This document shows positions 41,767-51,901 of a DNA stretch of 64,000 nt, in pieces. The DNA is taken from NCBI GenBank assembly GCA_019358915.1, contig JAHHIM010000073.1, positions 292,003 to 356,002 of the forward strand, given 5' to 3'. How positions within the stretch are numbered: position 1 is the stretch's first letter; each line of letters opens with the position of its first letter. The DNA comes from Trichormus sp. ATA11-4-KO1 (GTDB taxonomy: Bacteria > Cyanobacteriota > Cyanobacteriia > Cyanobacteriales > Nostocaceae). The translations under genes were made by a program, and so were the position numbers. Under the pieces are notes generated by a model. It was not told the DNA's origin. It was given only the letters and a program-made list of their open reading frames with translations, and ran no database searches.

Positions 41767-42089
41767 ATGAATTATAACGATTATACGTTAATTCAATCCC
41801 TCTCTCAATTGGCATTACAGCCAAAAACAGAGTTTAAATTTACTGATTTCTTGAGTAATCAGCCGATAAATGATGTCTTTTATTTAGTAGCGATCACCCA
41901 GGTTCACTATATCAAAGAGGCAATGTGCCACATGATGGAATATTCTCATGAAAAATTACTTGGTGTGATTCTGAAAGATCAAAAAATTGCCTATTTATGC
42001 TGGAAATTTCCATTACCTACATAGATGATTAAAGTAAGGAGGTTGACTGTACCGTTGGGTGTGAGAAAAGTGATGAAGTAGTAGTAGAG
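41767..42089 (+). pseudogene. Decayed N-terminal PAS segment of the downstream kinase
   Basis: YIKEAMCHMMEYSHEKLL, then a shift into the kinase frame: LEISITYIDD*SKEVDC..EKSDEVVVELSM (TAA at 42030). Confidence 0.6.
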
Positions 42090-43628
42090 TTGAGCATGTA
42101 TAAGTGGATTGACGAATTAAAAAATTCTAAAAAGCATTTACAACAGGAAGTTGCTGAACTAAAGAAAAAGGAGGAACAGCTAAAAAAATCCCTGGCTCTA
42201 CTTCGTTCTACCCTCGAATCTACTGCTCACGGCATTGTTGCAGTGAATCTTGAAGGAGATATTATCAGCTTTAATCAGAAATTTGTGGATATGTGGCAAA
42301 TCCCTAAATCCTTGATGATATCTAGGAACTCTTCTCAATGCCAAGCTTTTTTCCAGAACCAGCTCAAAGACCCGGAAGCCTTGCACAAGGTAATATGGGA
42401 AGCATCCAGTCAATTTGATTTGGATAGCTACGATATCTTGGAGTTAAAGGATGGGAGAGTTTTCGCGCAATACTCTCAGCCACAGTGGCTAGGGGAAAAA
42501 ATTAGCGGTAGAGTATGGAGTATTTGGGATATTACCGAATCCAAACGAACTGAGGAAGCACTCAGGCTGAAGGAAGCTAGATTGCGGAATTTGGCAGAAA
42601 CCACGAATGCTAGCATTTTTGTGATTCAAGGCTTGAATTTATCCTACATCAATCCGGCAGCAGAGGCACTGAGTGGCTACACAAAAGAGGAACTGCTAAC
42701 TGGCTTTGATCCGCACCAATTAATCAAGAATAAAAAGTACAGACAGGTACATAATAAAGACTTAGAATACCAGGAAATGAAGATTCTGGAAAAAGACGGT
42801 ACAGAGCGTTGGTTAGCTTGTGCCGTAGCGACACTTGATAGTGAGGAAACACCAGTCGAAATGATTGCTGGTATTGATATCACTGATTACAAACAAGCAG
42901 AATCAAAGTTAAGCCAAGCTTTAGAACAAGCAAAACAACTCAGCGAAATTAGAGCGCAGTTCATGTCTATGGTTTGCCATCAATTTCGCACCCCATTGAA
43001 TGTTGTTTCCTTCTCTAATAGCTTACTCAAGAGACATATCAACGAATGGACGGAGGAAAAAACACGACCATTACTTGATCACACTCAAACAGCCGTTCAA
43101 CAGATCAGCAAGATGTTGGATGATATTCTATTCTTCTCGAAGGCAGAAGCAGCAAAACTTAACTTTGAGGCCAAACCACTCAATTTGGTTGAGTTATGCC
43201 AAGAGTTAATTACGCAAATGCAGCTAACTGCTAGCCAGAACCCCATAAATTTTATGAGTCAAGGCGGCGACTTAACCGCTTGCATGGATCAAAAACTGGT
43301 AGAGCAGATTCTCAGAAATTTACTCGATAATGCCATTAAATATTCCCCAACAGGCAGCGCGATTGATTTAAAACTCTTCTTTGAATGTGGCAAAGTAGTC
43401 TTCCAAGTCACCGATAGGGGTATTGGCATTCCTGTTGCAGATATACAAAGACTATTTGAGCCATTTTATCGTGGTAGCAATATTGATAATCTGCCCGGTA
43501 CTGGACTAGGATTATCCATTGTCAAAACCCTTGTGGACTTGCACGGAGGTCACATTGCTGTAGAAAGTGAAGTTGATGTAGGTACAACATTTACTATCAT
43601 GTTGCCGTTAGTGAGATTAAAATCCTGA
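42090..43628 (+). CDS. PAS-domain sensor histidine kinase
   Basis: Two PAS segments, CHQFRTPL, NLLDNAIKYS, DRGIGI, GTGLGL. Confidence 0.92.
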   Translation: MSMYKWIDELKNSKKHLQQEVAELKKKEEQLKKSLALLRSTLESTAHGIVAVNLEGDIISFNQKFVDMWQIPKSLMISRNSSQCQAFFQNQLKDPEALHKVIWEASSQFDLDSYDILELKDGRVFAQYSQPQWLGEKISGRVWSIWDITESKRTEEALRLKEARLRNLAETTNASIFVIQGLNLSYINPAAEALSGYTKEELLTGFDPHQLIKNKKYRQVHNKDLEYQEMKILEKDGTERWLACAVATLDSEETPVEMIAGIDITDYKQAESKLSQALEQAKQLSEIRAQFMSMVCHQFRTPLNVVSFSNSLLKRHINEWTEEKTRPLLDHTQTAVQQISKMLDDILFFSKAEAAKLNFEAKPLNLVELCQELITQMQLTASQNPINFMSQGGDLTACMDQKLVEQILRNLLDNAIKYSPTGSAIDLKLFFECGKVVFQVTDRGIGIPVADIQRLFEPFYRGSNIDNLPGTGLGLSIVKTLVDLHGGHIAVESEVDVGTTFTIMLPLVRLKS

Positions 43629-43699
43629 GTGTTGAGTTGCTTTGAATTCAGCACAGTATTTGGTAATTGTTCCCTGCCAAAAACCCTAGTTATAAAAAA

Positions 43700-44590
43700 A
43701 TGATACAAGAATCGTCAAAAACAATTCTAGTAATAGAAGATGATGCTGTTACCCGCAATCTCTTCTTAGATGGTCTAGAGGCTGAAGGTTTTGACACCAT
43801 AGGTGCTGAAAATGGTCTTGTTGGTATTCAAAAAGCACAAATGCATTTACCCGACTTAGTGGTTTGCGACATTTTTATGCCAGATATGGATGGTTATAGC
43901 GTTTTAAATACAATGCGCCAAGATCCTCTCACCGCAATTATTCCTTTCATTTTTCTCACTGGCAGCGATAATAAGGCACATGTGCGTAAAGGTATGGAGT
44001 TGGGTGCAGACGACTATATTACCAAACCTTCCACTGTAGAAGAATTACTCAGAGCGATCGCCATTCGATTGGAAAAGCAATCTCTGCTGCGTTACTGGTA
44101 TGCTACTAAATCTCACCAAATCCCAGAATCAATCCCAGCAAATAAAACTGTATCTGTCACCTCTGAGTCAATCTTTCCAGCCATTCCCCAACTTAAAGAA
44201 GTTTTTGACTACATCGAAGCCAATTATCATCGAGGGATTACATTATCTAACGTAGCTGAAGCTGTTGGTTATTCACCAGCTTACTTAACCAGTAGAGTCG
44301 CAAAAAAAACAGGTGAAACAGTCAATGGCTGGATTGTCAAGCGCCGGATGGCAGCAGCTCGTCCCTTATTAAGAGATACTGACCAAACAATTGAGCAGAT
44401 TGCTACTGCATTAGGCTATCAAAATGCTTGTCATTTCTCCCGCCAATTTCGTCAACATCATGGACTACCTCCCAAAATTTGGAGAAACCAAAATCAATTC
44501 TCTCAGGTTACCAGTAGTAAAAATACAAATCTGCAAGTAATTGATACTTGCTCTCAGTATGAAGACTATGCACCTTTAGGTCAAAGTTAA
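43700..44590 (+). CDS. Response regulator with AraC HTH
   Basis: REC plus YIEANYHRGITL..GYQNACHFSRQFRQHHGLPP. Confidence 0.92.
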   Translation: MIQESSKTILVIEDDAVTRNLFLDGLEAEGFDTIGAENGLVGIQKAQMHLPDLVVCDIFMPDMDGYSVLNTMRQDPLTAIIPFIFLTGSDNKAHVRKGMELGADDYITKPSTVEELLRAIAIRLEKQSLLRYWYATKSHQIPESIPANKTVSVTSESIFPAIPQLKEVFDYIEANYHRGITLSNVAEAVGYSPAYLTSRVAKKTGETVNGWIVKRRMAAARPLLRDTDQTIEQIATALGYQNACHFSRQFRQHHGLPPKIWRNQNQFSQVTSSKNTNLQVIDTCSQYEDYAPLGQS

Positions 44591-44910
44591 CTATTTTTAG
44601 GCTTTGTCCACTGCTGCACTAATAATTGGATTGCCAAAGCCAACAAACCGATTGCCACAATACCAAATATCCCAGTTCCCAAGGCAACCACGCCTACAAC
44701 CAAAGTCCGAACGGCAGAGCCAATATTCACTACCATGGGGTTATCTGAATGAATGGGTTTAGTAGCAAAAGTTGTGGCGATCGCAATCATCAGCGAATAC
44801 ATTGCAAATCCTAGTCCTCCAGAAAATATCCCTCCCACCATACAGCGTAAGGCAGTGGGTGGAACCTGTGCAGTAGTTTCTGATTGTTGTGTTAAATTTG
44901 GGTCGCTCAT
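44587..44910 (-). CDS. DUF3082-family membrane protein
   Basis: NIGSAVRTLVVG, two TM helices. Confidence 0.75.
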   Translation of the reverse strand: MSDPNLTQQSETTAQVPPTALRCMVGGIFSGGLGFAMYSLMIAIATTFATKPIHSDNPMVVNIGSAVRTLVVGVVALGTGIFGIVAIGLLALAIQLLVQQWTKPKNS

Positions 44911-44917
44911 TATTAGT

Positions 44918-44946
44918 CATTGGGCATTGGGCATTGGGCATTGGGT
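44918..44946. repeat. STRR (cattggg)x4
   Basis: cattgggcattgggcattgggcattggg. Confidence 0.9.
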
Positions 44947-44969
44947 AAAATTCCCCTCATCTCCACTCA

Positions 44970-45914
44970 CTACACTAACTGAATGCCGTGTGTAATTGTC
45001 CGAGTCACAAACAATTCTAAATCTTCATCAGGAATTGCTTCCCTCACTTGTTGCTTAACTGTTTGTGCTTGTTGTTCAGATGCAACAAGAGCAAACACTG
45101 TCGGGCCAGAACCAGACATCATGGTTCCTAAAACGCCTTCTACAGTAGCAAATAGTTCTCGCAGTTGTAAAACTTGGGGATAATTGGGCAAGACTACACG
45201 CTCTAAATCATTATGCAATTTCTCCGCAATTTGTCCTGCGTCTTTTTCCAGGATAGCTTTGACTATTTCTCCTGAATGAACTGCGGCTGCACGCGCTGCT
45301 AAATTTTCGGTATCTCTGAGATACGAACTGCCAAACTGCTGGCGATAGGTTTTGTATGCCCAAGCGGTGGAAACTTCCAGGCTGCGATATTTCGCTAATA
45401 CTATATATATATGATCCAAACCCGGTAAGGGAGAAAGCTGCTCACCTCTACCTGTAGCAATAACTGTTCCACCTGCAATACAAAACGGCACATCTGAACC
45501 CAGAGTAGCACCCAGTTCTTCTAATTCTAATTGAGTTAGCCCCAGGTTCCACAATAAATCTATGCCTACCAACACGGCTGCGGCATTTGTTGAACCTCCC
45601 GCCAAGCCAGCCGCTACGGGAATATGCTTGTTAATGGTAATTTCTATACCTCCATATTTAACAAAGGCTTCCGGAAATTGCCTTGCCATGAGTTCTGCTG
45701 CTTGGTATGCCAGATTACTCTTGTCTGTCGGTACTTGTGGGTGATTGCAGTGGACGCGAATAGTCTCAGTGCTGAGGGAATGTATATTAATTTGGTCAGC
45801 GAGTGCGATACTTTGGAGGATCATAGCTAACTCATGATAACCATCAGAGCGCTCGCTAATGATTTCCAGGTACAAGTTAATTTTGGCAGGAGCATTTAAA
45901 GTATAGGAACGCAT
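44970..45914 (-). CDS. ispE: CDP-ME kinase
   Basis: APAKINLYL, IPVAAGLAGGS, GSDVPF, MSGSG. Confidence 0.97.
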   Translation of the reverse strand: MRSYTLNAPAKINLYLEIISERSDGYHELAMILQSIALADQINIHSLSTETIRVHCNHPQVPTDKSNLAYQAAELMARQFPEAFVKYGGIEITINKHIPVAAGLAGGSTNAAAVLVGIDLLWNLGLTQLELEELGATLGSDVPFCIAGGTVIATGRGEQLSPLPGLDHIYIVLAKYRSLEVSTAWAYKTYRQQFGSSYLRDTENLAARAAAVHSGEIVKAILEKDAGQIAEKLHNDLERVVLPNYPQVLQLRELFATVEGVLGTMMSGSGPTVFALVASEQQAQTVKQQVREAIPDEDLELFVTRTITHGIQLV

Positions 45915-45940
45915 TTTGAGTGCTAAGTGCTGAGTGGTAA

Positions 45941-46756
45941 TTACTCATTTGTGAGTAAATTAGTTAAAGTTACCCATTTTTGAGTGCTGAGGTCTTCAGC
46001 TCTAGCTTGGGGATTTATTTCTAATTGTTCCAGTAAGTGGGTCAGGCGATCGCGATCGACGACTGATTGTAAATTATTTCGTAACATTTTACGCTTAGCG
46101 GCAAATCCCAGTTTTACTAAATTCTCTAACCTGCGGGGGTCTAATGCTGGTGTGTCTATCTGTCGAGGATGTAACCGCACGACGGCTGAGTCTACTTTTG
46201 GCGGCGGGTAAAATGCGCCTGCGGGAACTGGACAAATTAATTCACAATCAGCTAAATATTGCACCCGCACACTCAAGGCTCCAAAAGTTTTAGAACCAGC
46301 TTTAGCATACAATCTTTCTGCTACTTCTTTTTGCACTAGCAATACTATCGATTCAAATGGTTCTGGGTTGGGATTAGCAATAGTGCCTAGTAATTTTTCA
46401 ATGATTGGTCCTGTGATGTTGTAAGGGATATTAGCTACTACTTTATTTGGCTTTTCAAACTTGGGAAATGCTGCTAAATGCGAGGGTAAATCTAAGGTGA
46501 GAAAATCTCCTTGTAACAATAAAAAATTTTCAGTTTTACCTAGCTGCTTGGCTAACAATTTGCACAAATCCAGGTCGATTTCTACTGCTACTAGAGATTG
46601 CACTAAGGGAAGTAACCGACGAGTCAGAATTCCGGTACCCGGCCCTATTTCCAAAATGCGATCGCTTTGCTGACATGCTGCTGCTTTAATAATTGCGTCC
46701 AGAGCCTTTTCACTTTTGAGCCAATGTTGAGCAAAGGACTTGCGTGGTCTTAGCAT
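45941..46756 (-). CDS. rsmA: 16S rRNA dimethyltransferase
   Basis: EIGPGTG, ANIPYNIT, PPPKVDS. Confidence 0.97.
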   Translation of the reverse strand: MLRPRKSFAQHWLKSEKALDAIIKAAACQQSDRILEIGPGTGILTRRLLPLVQSLVAVEIDLDLCKLLAKQLGKTENFLLLQGDFLTLDLPSHLAAFPKFEKPNKVVANIPYNITGPIIEKLLGTIANPNPEPFESIVLLVQKEVAERLYAKAGSKTFGALSVRVQYLADCELICPVPAGAFYPPPKVDSAVVRLHPRQIDTPALDPRRLENLVKLGFAAKRKMLRNNLQSVVDRDRLTHLLEQLEINPQARAEDLSTQKWVTLTNLLTNE

Positions 46757-46806
46757 TAATTTTCCTTAATATATCTGGTATTATTTCAGCAAGTTTAATT
46801 ACAAAT

Positions 46807-47058
46807 TTAATAATCTTTTATGTGAGCAACTTTGGTCACTGTTATTAGGGAAACCTCTTGCTGAATTTGATAAACAATACGATAGTTACCCTGAGTAACC
46901 ACATACAAATTTTTCCCTACTTCTAGATTTCTGGCTCCTGCTGGAAGCGGGTTCAATGTTAATTCTTCTAATTTCATAATGATTTGTTGCTGCACTTGAG
47001 AATTTAATTGTTCAATTTGCTGTGCAGCTGTAGAGACAACTTGTAATTGATAGCTCAC
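46807..47058 (-). CDS. RelE/ParE-family toxin-like protein
   Basis: MSYQL..NPLPAG..GNYRIVYQI..VAH. Confidence 0.8.
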   Translation of the reverse strand: MSYQLQVVSTAAQQIEQLNSQVQQQIIMKLEELTLNPLPAGARNLEVGKNLYVVTQGNYRIVYQIQQEVSLITVTKVAHIKDY

Positions 47059-47324
47059 TGTCCTAATTCTCTTTTAAGATCTTCCAGAAATAGGGTGTTG
47101 ACTTGTGCTGCTTCCTTTAATGCTATATCAGCATCTCTGACATCTGCTTGATCACGCTTGCCTTCAATTAACCGATGCAGCTGTTCCATTGAGGTAATCT
47201 CAATTCCTGGTTCCTCTCTGAGCTTACTAGTTAAAGCATAAAAAGCCTCCTGGTCATCTCTGTGTGACAGTACATAGGCTCTTAATTCTTGCTTAGTCAT
47301 TGCTTGAAAATTTGGTTTGGTCAT
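47055..47324 (-). CDS. DUF6887-like protein with antitoxin-like C-terminal tail
   Basis: PNFQAMTKQELRAYVLSHRDDQEAFY plus DADIALKEAAQVNTLFLEDLKRELG. Confidence 0.7.
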   Translation of the reverse strand: MTKPNFQAMTKQELRAYVLSHRDDQEAFYALTSKLREEPGIEITSMEQLHRLIEGKRDQADVRDADIALKEAAQVNTLFLEDLKRELGQ

Positions 47325-47500
47325 AAGTACCTCACGCTACCGTTTGGTAAGATTTCCAATTGAGTTTCATCTCCAGCCAGTATGTAAATACGGTTGGTCG
47401 TTTCATCTATTCTCACCAAGTGAATTGAGCAGTACATATTAGTCAATTGGTAGCAGACCCTAAAAACCTCTTTCGCCTGCGCTACCGTTGGCTCTTGCAT
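47321..47500 (-). CDS. DUF6888-like small protein (absent from ORF track)
   Basis: MQEPTVAQAKEVFRVCYQLTNMYCSIHLVRIDETTNRIYILAGDETQLEILPNGSVRYL* (59 aa); ATGA overlap. Confidence 0.75.
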   Translation of the reverse strand: MQEPTVAQAKEVFRVCYQLTNMYCSIHLVRIDETTNRIYILAGDETQLEILPNGSVRYL

Positions 47501-47605
47501 AAACTTATTGTGAACTATTTTTTCTGCTCGTCAATGTATGACAGCTATTTTCAGGCAAATAAATCATACTGTATGCGAAAATGCTCAAATAATACTCAAA
47601 TTATC

Positions 47606-47992
47606 ATGTTAGACACACCTTCAGATACCATTTGGATTGTTACCGATGACACACCTCAATTATCCATTCCTGATGGTGTGAAAAGCGGGGCTACCACCAC
47701 AAGAAGCTGGGGCGAAGAACCTACAAGAGAGATTAGCAAAGGAGTTGGAGATGCTGTTCCAGTTAGTGCTGAGAAATTAGAGCAAAACATGACTAGCTTT
47801 TTGCAAGTGATAGGACGCTTGTTTAGTCGTGCAGAACAGCAAGCTAAAGTTAACTCCGGGATGCAGTTAGATGCAATTGAGTTGTCAGTAGAAATTAGTG
47901 GTGAGGGAGAAGTTAAATTAATTGGTAGCGGTGTCAAAACTGGCGCTAAAGGAGCTATTAAGCTGACATTTAAAAGACAAGAACCAGCATAA
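47606..47992 (+). CDS. Pepco-like (peptidase co-occurring) domain protein
   Basis: LDAIELSVEISGEGEVKLIGSG..GAIKLTFKR. Confidence 0.65.
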   Translation: MLDTPSDTIWIVTDDTPQLSIPDGVKSGATTTRSWGEEPTREISKGVGDAVPVSAEKLEQNMTSFLQVIGRLFSRAEQQAKVNSGMQLDAIELSVEISGEGEVKLIGSGVKTGAKGAIKLTFKRQEPA

Positions 47993-48095
47993 GTCCTAGA
48001 TATTAGCCCTTTCCAGGTGTAATGTATTTTATTGGTGTCTTAGTGGTTAAAAAATGACTTTTGCACCACAAAGGCACTAAGGGGAAAAAGGCTGG

Positions 48096-49433
48096 TTAAA
48101 GAATTTTCCTGCCAGTGAGAACTTCTCGCACCTCTAGCATGGCTGAATAAGTAGGTAGAATGTGTAAAGTTTCATTGTCTGGAGTATGCTTTAATGCAGT
48201 AGCGATCGCCTGCCGTAAATCTGCTTCTACAATCAAATTTAAGTTACTCTCAGCCGATTTTTCACTGTAGCGTAGACGTAGCGCCATATCATAGATGCGA
48301 TCGCCACTTACGACTAAAGTTCCTCCCCGTTCGACTAATTTCTCTGTATCAACATCCCAAATCCAGGATACATCAGTACCATCGGGTGTGCGATCGTTCA
48401 ATACCAGCAGTGTTGTTGTATCAGTGCTTTGAGTGACTACGCGAATTGTTTCATTCGTTCCTACAGGATTTTTGGATAACAAAATTCGCACCCGTTTACC
48501 ATTAATTACCAAATCTTCAGCACGACCAAAAGCAGCTTGGAAGTTATTAATAGTATCTCGAATTATCGCCTCATCAACTCCCAAATCTTTCGCCGCAGTT
48601 GCAGCCGCTAAGGTATTATATTTGTTGTATAAACCCACTAGAATTTGTGACCATTCACTACTCTCTAGAGTTGGTTGACTTTTACTGAAGCCACACTTGG
48701 GACAAGTAAAATCTCCCAAATGAGACAAGTACACACCTTTGTAATCTAGGGAATGCCCACAACTAGGACAATAAATAGAATCGACAGCGTGGGGAATAGC
48801 TTCCAAATAATTTTCTGGTTCATTCAAGCCAAAGAATAAGACTTTTTGGGGTAACTGCTGACCGAGATAAGATAAAGTTGGGTCGTCAGCATTGGAAATT
48901 ACCACCGTTTCTGGTGGAAGGGTAGAAATAACCTTTGTCCAACGCTTACTAATAGTGTCTACTTCGCCGTATCTATCAAGTTGGTCGCGGAATAAATTTA
49001 AACACAAAATGATTCGCGGCTGGAGCGGTGTTAAAACCTTCGGGACAATATTCTCATCGACTTCTAAAATCGCGTAATCAACGTTCAGCGTACCCACCAA
49101 ACTACTACTTTCTATTAACGCTGTCATCAAACCATTTTCCAGATTTGCACCTGTCGAGTTATGGGCGATGCGGTAACCTTGGCGTTCTAATATCGTTTTC
49201 AGCAGCAGCGATGTGGTAGTTTTGCCATTAGTACCAGCAATGAGAATTACGCCATTTTTTACTTGCTGACTCAATAATTGTAAAAGTCGAGGTTCAATAC
49301 GACGAGCAATTGAGCCTGGTAATACACTAGCAGCACCTAGACGCAGCGATCGCACGATAAAAGTCACACTTTTTGCCACTGAGACCGCGAAACCGAGTCG
49401 CAGTCTATCTATGAGTTGAATTTTCTTGCCCAC
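48096..49433 (-). CDS. murT: MurT-type Mur ligase (DUF1727)
   Basis: GTNGKTTT, LFRDQLDRYGE, CxxC..CxxC, DVSWIWD. Confidence 0.85.
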   Translation of the reverse strand: MGKKIQLIDRLRLGFAVSVAKSVTFIVRSLRLGAASVLPGSIARRIEPRLLQLLSQQVKNGVILIAGTNGKTTTSLLLKTILERQGYRIAHNSTGANLENGLMTALIESSSLVGTLNVDYAILEVDENIVPKVLTPLQPRIILCLNLFRDQLDRYGEVDTISKRWTKVISTLPPETVVISNADDPTLSYLGQQLPQKVLFFGLNEPENYLEAIPHAVDSIYCPSCGHSLDYKGVYLSHLGDFTCPKCGFSKSQPTLESSEWSQILVGLYNKYNTLAAATAAKDLGVDEAIIRDTINNFQAAFGRAEDLVINGKRVRILLSKNPVGTNETIRVVTQSTDTTTLLVLNDRTPDGTDVSWIWDVDTEKLVERGGTLVVSGDRIYDMALRLRYSEKSAESNLNLIVEADLRQAIATALKHTPDNETLHILPTYSAMLEVREVLTGRKIL

Positions 49434-49469
49434 ATCCGTACCCTAAAATTCTGGCAGTTACTAATCTGA

Positions 49470-49625
49470 ATATCTTGCACCAGTATCATAGACCGCCTGA
49501 TGTTAGAAACATCGAGCTAATAGCAACAGTCTTGCTGTAGCAGGGATTTCAGTCCAATTTAATGGACTTTAGCTATTAGCCAAGAAGTAAATTTCTTGGC
49601 GAAATATGCGGCAGGTGCAGGATAT
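49470..49625. mobile_element. ~155-bp palindromic MITE-like element
   Basis: atatcttgcacc/ggtgcaggatat ends; inner gctaatagc/gctattagc; side hairpins. Confidence 0.65.
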
Positions 49626-49898
49626 AAATAATCAATAGTCTTTAATTTGTAAATTTAATCAGCCTGAGTTTAGCGAATCCTTGCCCAAAAAGCCAGTCTA
49701 TATTGGGGATAAAGCATAAGGGTATTGGTGAGTTAATACTTAGTTTCATCTTCCCTGCTCTCCCACTCCCACTTTCAACATAAAGATATCCCAGTACGCG
49801 TTATCTTAAAAAATAGTGCGTGGTTGTAATTATATATCCAGCCCAGTTGGCCGAATTCAGCACAAACTGACGACGAATAGTAGCTTGCAAGGTTCTTT

Positions 49899-50489
49899 TT
49901 GATGACTAGGATAAAGTTTCTTTTTTTACATAAAAAAATCGCTGACTGGCGAAGATTGCTGTCTAAATGCCTGTTGTTGCTTGCTTGTCTATTAATGATC
50001 AGTGTAAAACCTGCATTTGCTGGTATTAATGATGATCTCTATGATGGCAACATTTTCGTGGTTTATGCTGGCAATGGTTCACTGGTTCCCCCTAGACAGA
50101 GTTTGGCACAGTCTTTAGCAGAACATAAACCTGTATTTTTGGCGTTTTATGTGGATGACAGCAGTGATTGTAAGAAATACGCCATATCTATCTCCCAGGT
50201 ACAGGAATTTTATGGTCGGGCAGCAGAGATTATCCCTATAGATGTGGACACCATCCCTGTTAAACAAACCTACGACCCCACGGAACCAGGATACTACTAC
50301 TCTGGGGCTGTTCCTCAAGTTGTCGTGTTTGATAAATCGGGTCAGGTAGTTTTGAATCAGCAAGGTCAAGTACCTTATGAGGAAATAGACGATAAATTCC
50401 GAGAAGTGTTTGATTTATTGCCCCGTACCAAATCGGTGCAATTAAAACGGCGTTCATTCAATGAGTTTAGTAGTGAATTAGCTGAATAA
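49899..50489 (+). CDS. Thioredoxin-like thylakoid protein (Slr1796 / PSI accumulation factor family)
   Basis: YDGNIFVVYAGNGSLVPP, FYVDDSSDCK, RRSFNE. Confidence 0.75.
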   Translation: MMTRIKFLFLHKKIADWRRLLSKCLLLLACLLMISVKPAFAGINDDLYDGNIFVVYAGNGSLVPPRQSLAQSLAEHKPVFLAFYVDDSSDCKKYAISISQVQEFYGRAAEIIPIDVDTIPVKQTYDPTEPGYYYSGAVPQVVVFDKSGQVVLNQQGQVPYEEIDDKFREVFDLLPRTKSVQLKRRSFNEFSSELAE

Positions 50490-50637
50490 CTTTTAGGGGA
50501 GGCCAAATTGGTCTGCCCTAATTTTTAGTTTTATCTGATACGGCCTTCCCCTTGATGACAAGGGATAATATTTAAATATAGCCGTTAAGTGAGGACATTG
50601 TTGATCCAAGAGAGCAATGAAGCCACTACTCAGCATT

Positions 50638-50683
50638 CAGCACGGGCTATAAGCGCAGCCATACCCGCAGGGCTTTACAGCAC
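50638..50683 (+). repeat. 46-bp dispersed repeat, copy 2
   Basis: One mismatch versus 20375-20420. Confidence 0.85.
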
Positions 50684-50761
50684 TTTGTGATAACTGCCTG
50701 AAACATCTACCATTTGATAACAAGTTAGGAATTAAACCCTAGTCCATAGTCTACAGCGAAT

Positions 50762-50797
50762 AACTAATGACTAATGACTAAATTACTAATGACTAAT
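50762..50797. repeat. STRR (taatgac)n
   Basis: actaatgactaatgactaa..actaatgactaat. Confidence 0.75.
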
Positions 50798-50810
50798 AGA
50801 GTGTGTTCTG

Positions 50811-51419
50811 ATGTCAAAGGTTTATACTACCGAGGAGCTAATCCAAATTTTGGCAGATGAACGCCAAGCTTGCCTCAAGGGGAAACGCCTGAAGTTAGAA
50901 GTAACAGTGTCTGGCAATCCTTTAATTGACCAGTTTATCAAAACTGATGGGCTGCAAAAGTTCACTGCTTATCAAGATTTTAAAGCAGCGATTCACGACT
51001 ATCAAAGAGAAAATCAAGTTTCAGGTATTGTCTGGCGGGATGTGACAGTTAAAGGTAAAAGCTTACACTACCCAGAAGTAAATACCGAATTAATCGCACT
51101 TAGTCAAGATTTGTCCATCATTAAAGCAGCCAAAAATTCCATATTGGAATTTTGGTATGAAGTCACGGCGGACATGGATTTGTACTTAAGTTTTAATAAC
51201 AGTAAACAACACCAACAAATACTCCAACCTGATGTTGAAAGAATTGCTCAGAGAACAGAATGGGTAAGTTTGTGGAAATGGGAAAATCTTAACTTTTTGG
51301 AAATGATTTTGCAACTAGGTTGGGGTCAACCAGAAGAAGCCTGCTACAAACGAGGAAGACCGCAATCGGGTAGTGAGTACATTCATGCGGTAAATCCGGG
51401 TAATCGTCCCATTGGTTGA
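50811..51419 (+). CDS. Conserved hypothetical protein
   Basis: YTTEELIQILADERQACLKGKRL; intact ORF. Confidence 0.75.
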   Translation: MSKVYTTEELIQILADERQACLKGKRLKLEVTVSGNPLIDQFIKTDGLQKFTAYQDFKAAIHDYQRENQVSGIVWRDVTVKGKSLHYPEVNTELIALSQDLSIIKAAKNSILEFWYEVTADMDLYLSFNNSKQHQQILQPDVERIAQRTEWVSLWKWENLNFLEMILQLGWGQPEEACYKRGRPQSGSEYIHAVNPGNRPIG

Positions 51420-51901
51420 GCAAAAACTACAAATTTAACTGCGTTTATTACAACAAGGGCAACTCCTGTGTCGCAGGGGTTTCACCCTGCGGGGGTCACC
51501 CACCCTAAATCTGTCTAAAAGCCTGGATATCCCTTGTGGGGCTGCTATTTCTTGTGTAAATTTCCTCAATTGTTATGTAGCAAATTTGTTAAGAAATATT
51601 ACAATTAATGAATTAATCTTTTGATTGTACGTAAGTATATGTAAGAATTCTAGAACATTACTAATAAAAAATAATCATAAAACTACATTAAATTGCCAAA
51701 ATATAGCATTAAAAGAGTAGTATTTATTAAGCTTACTGCTATGATATTTTCGATATTCTTAAAAAAAATAGAAAAATGCAAACATTAATCATTAATAACT
51801 AATATAATGCTTTGATTTAGGCGATAAAAAGCATTTTATTTAGGTAAATTTATTTAAAAAAACGCCTAGAAGAGTCAGCCATAGCAGATAAGGACTCTCG
51901 C

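Noticed and set aside
47447..47605. Longer start for the Pepco-like ORF
   Set aside because: Overlaps the opposite-strand 59-aa gene and its promoter
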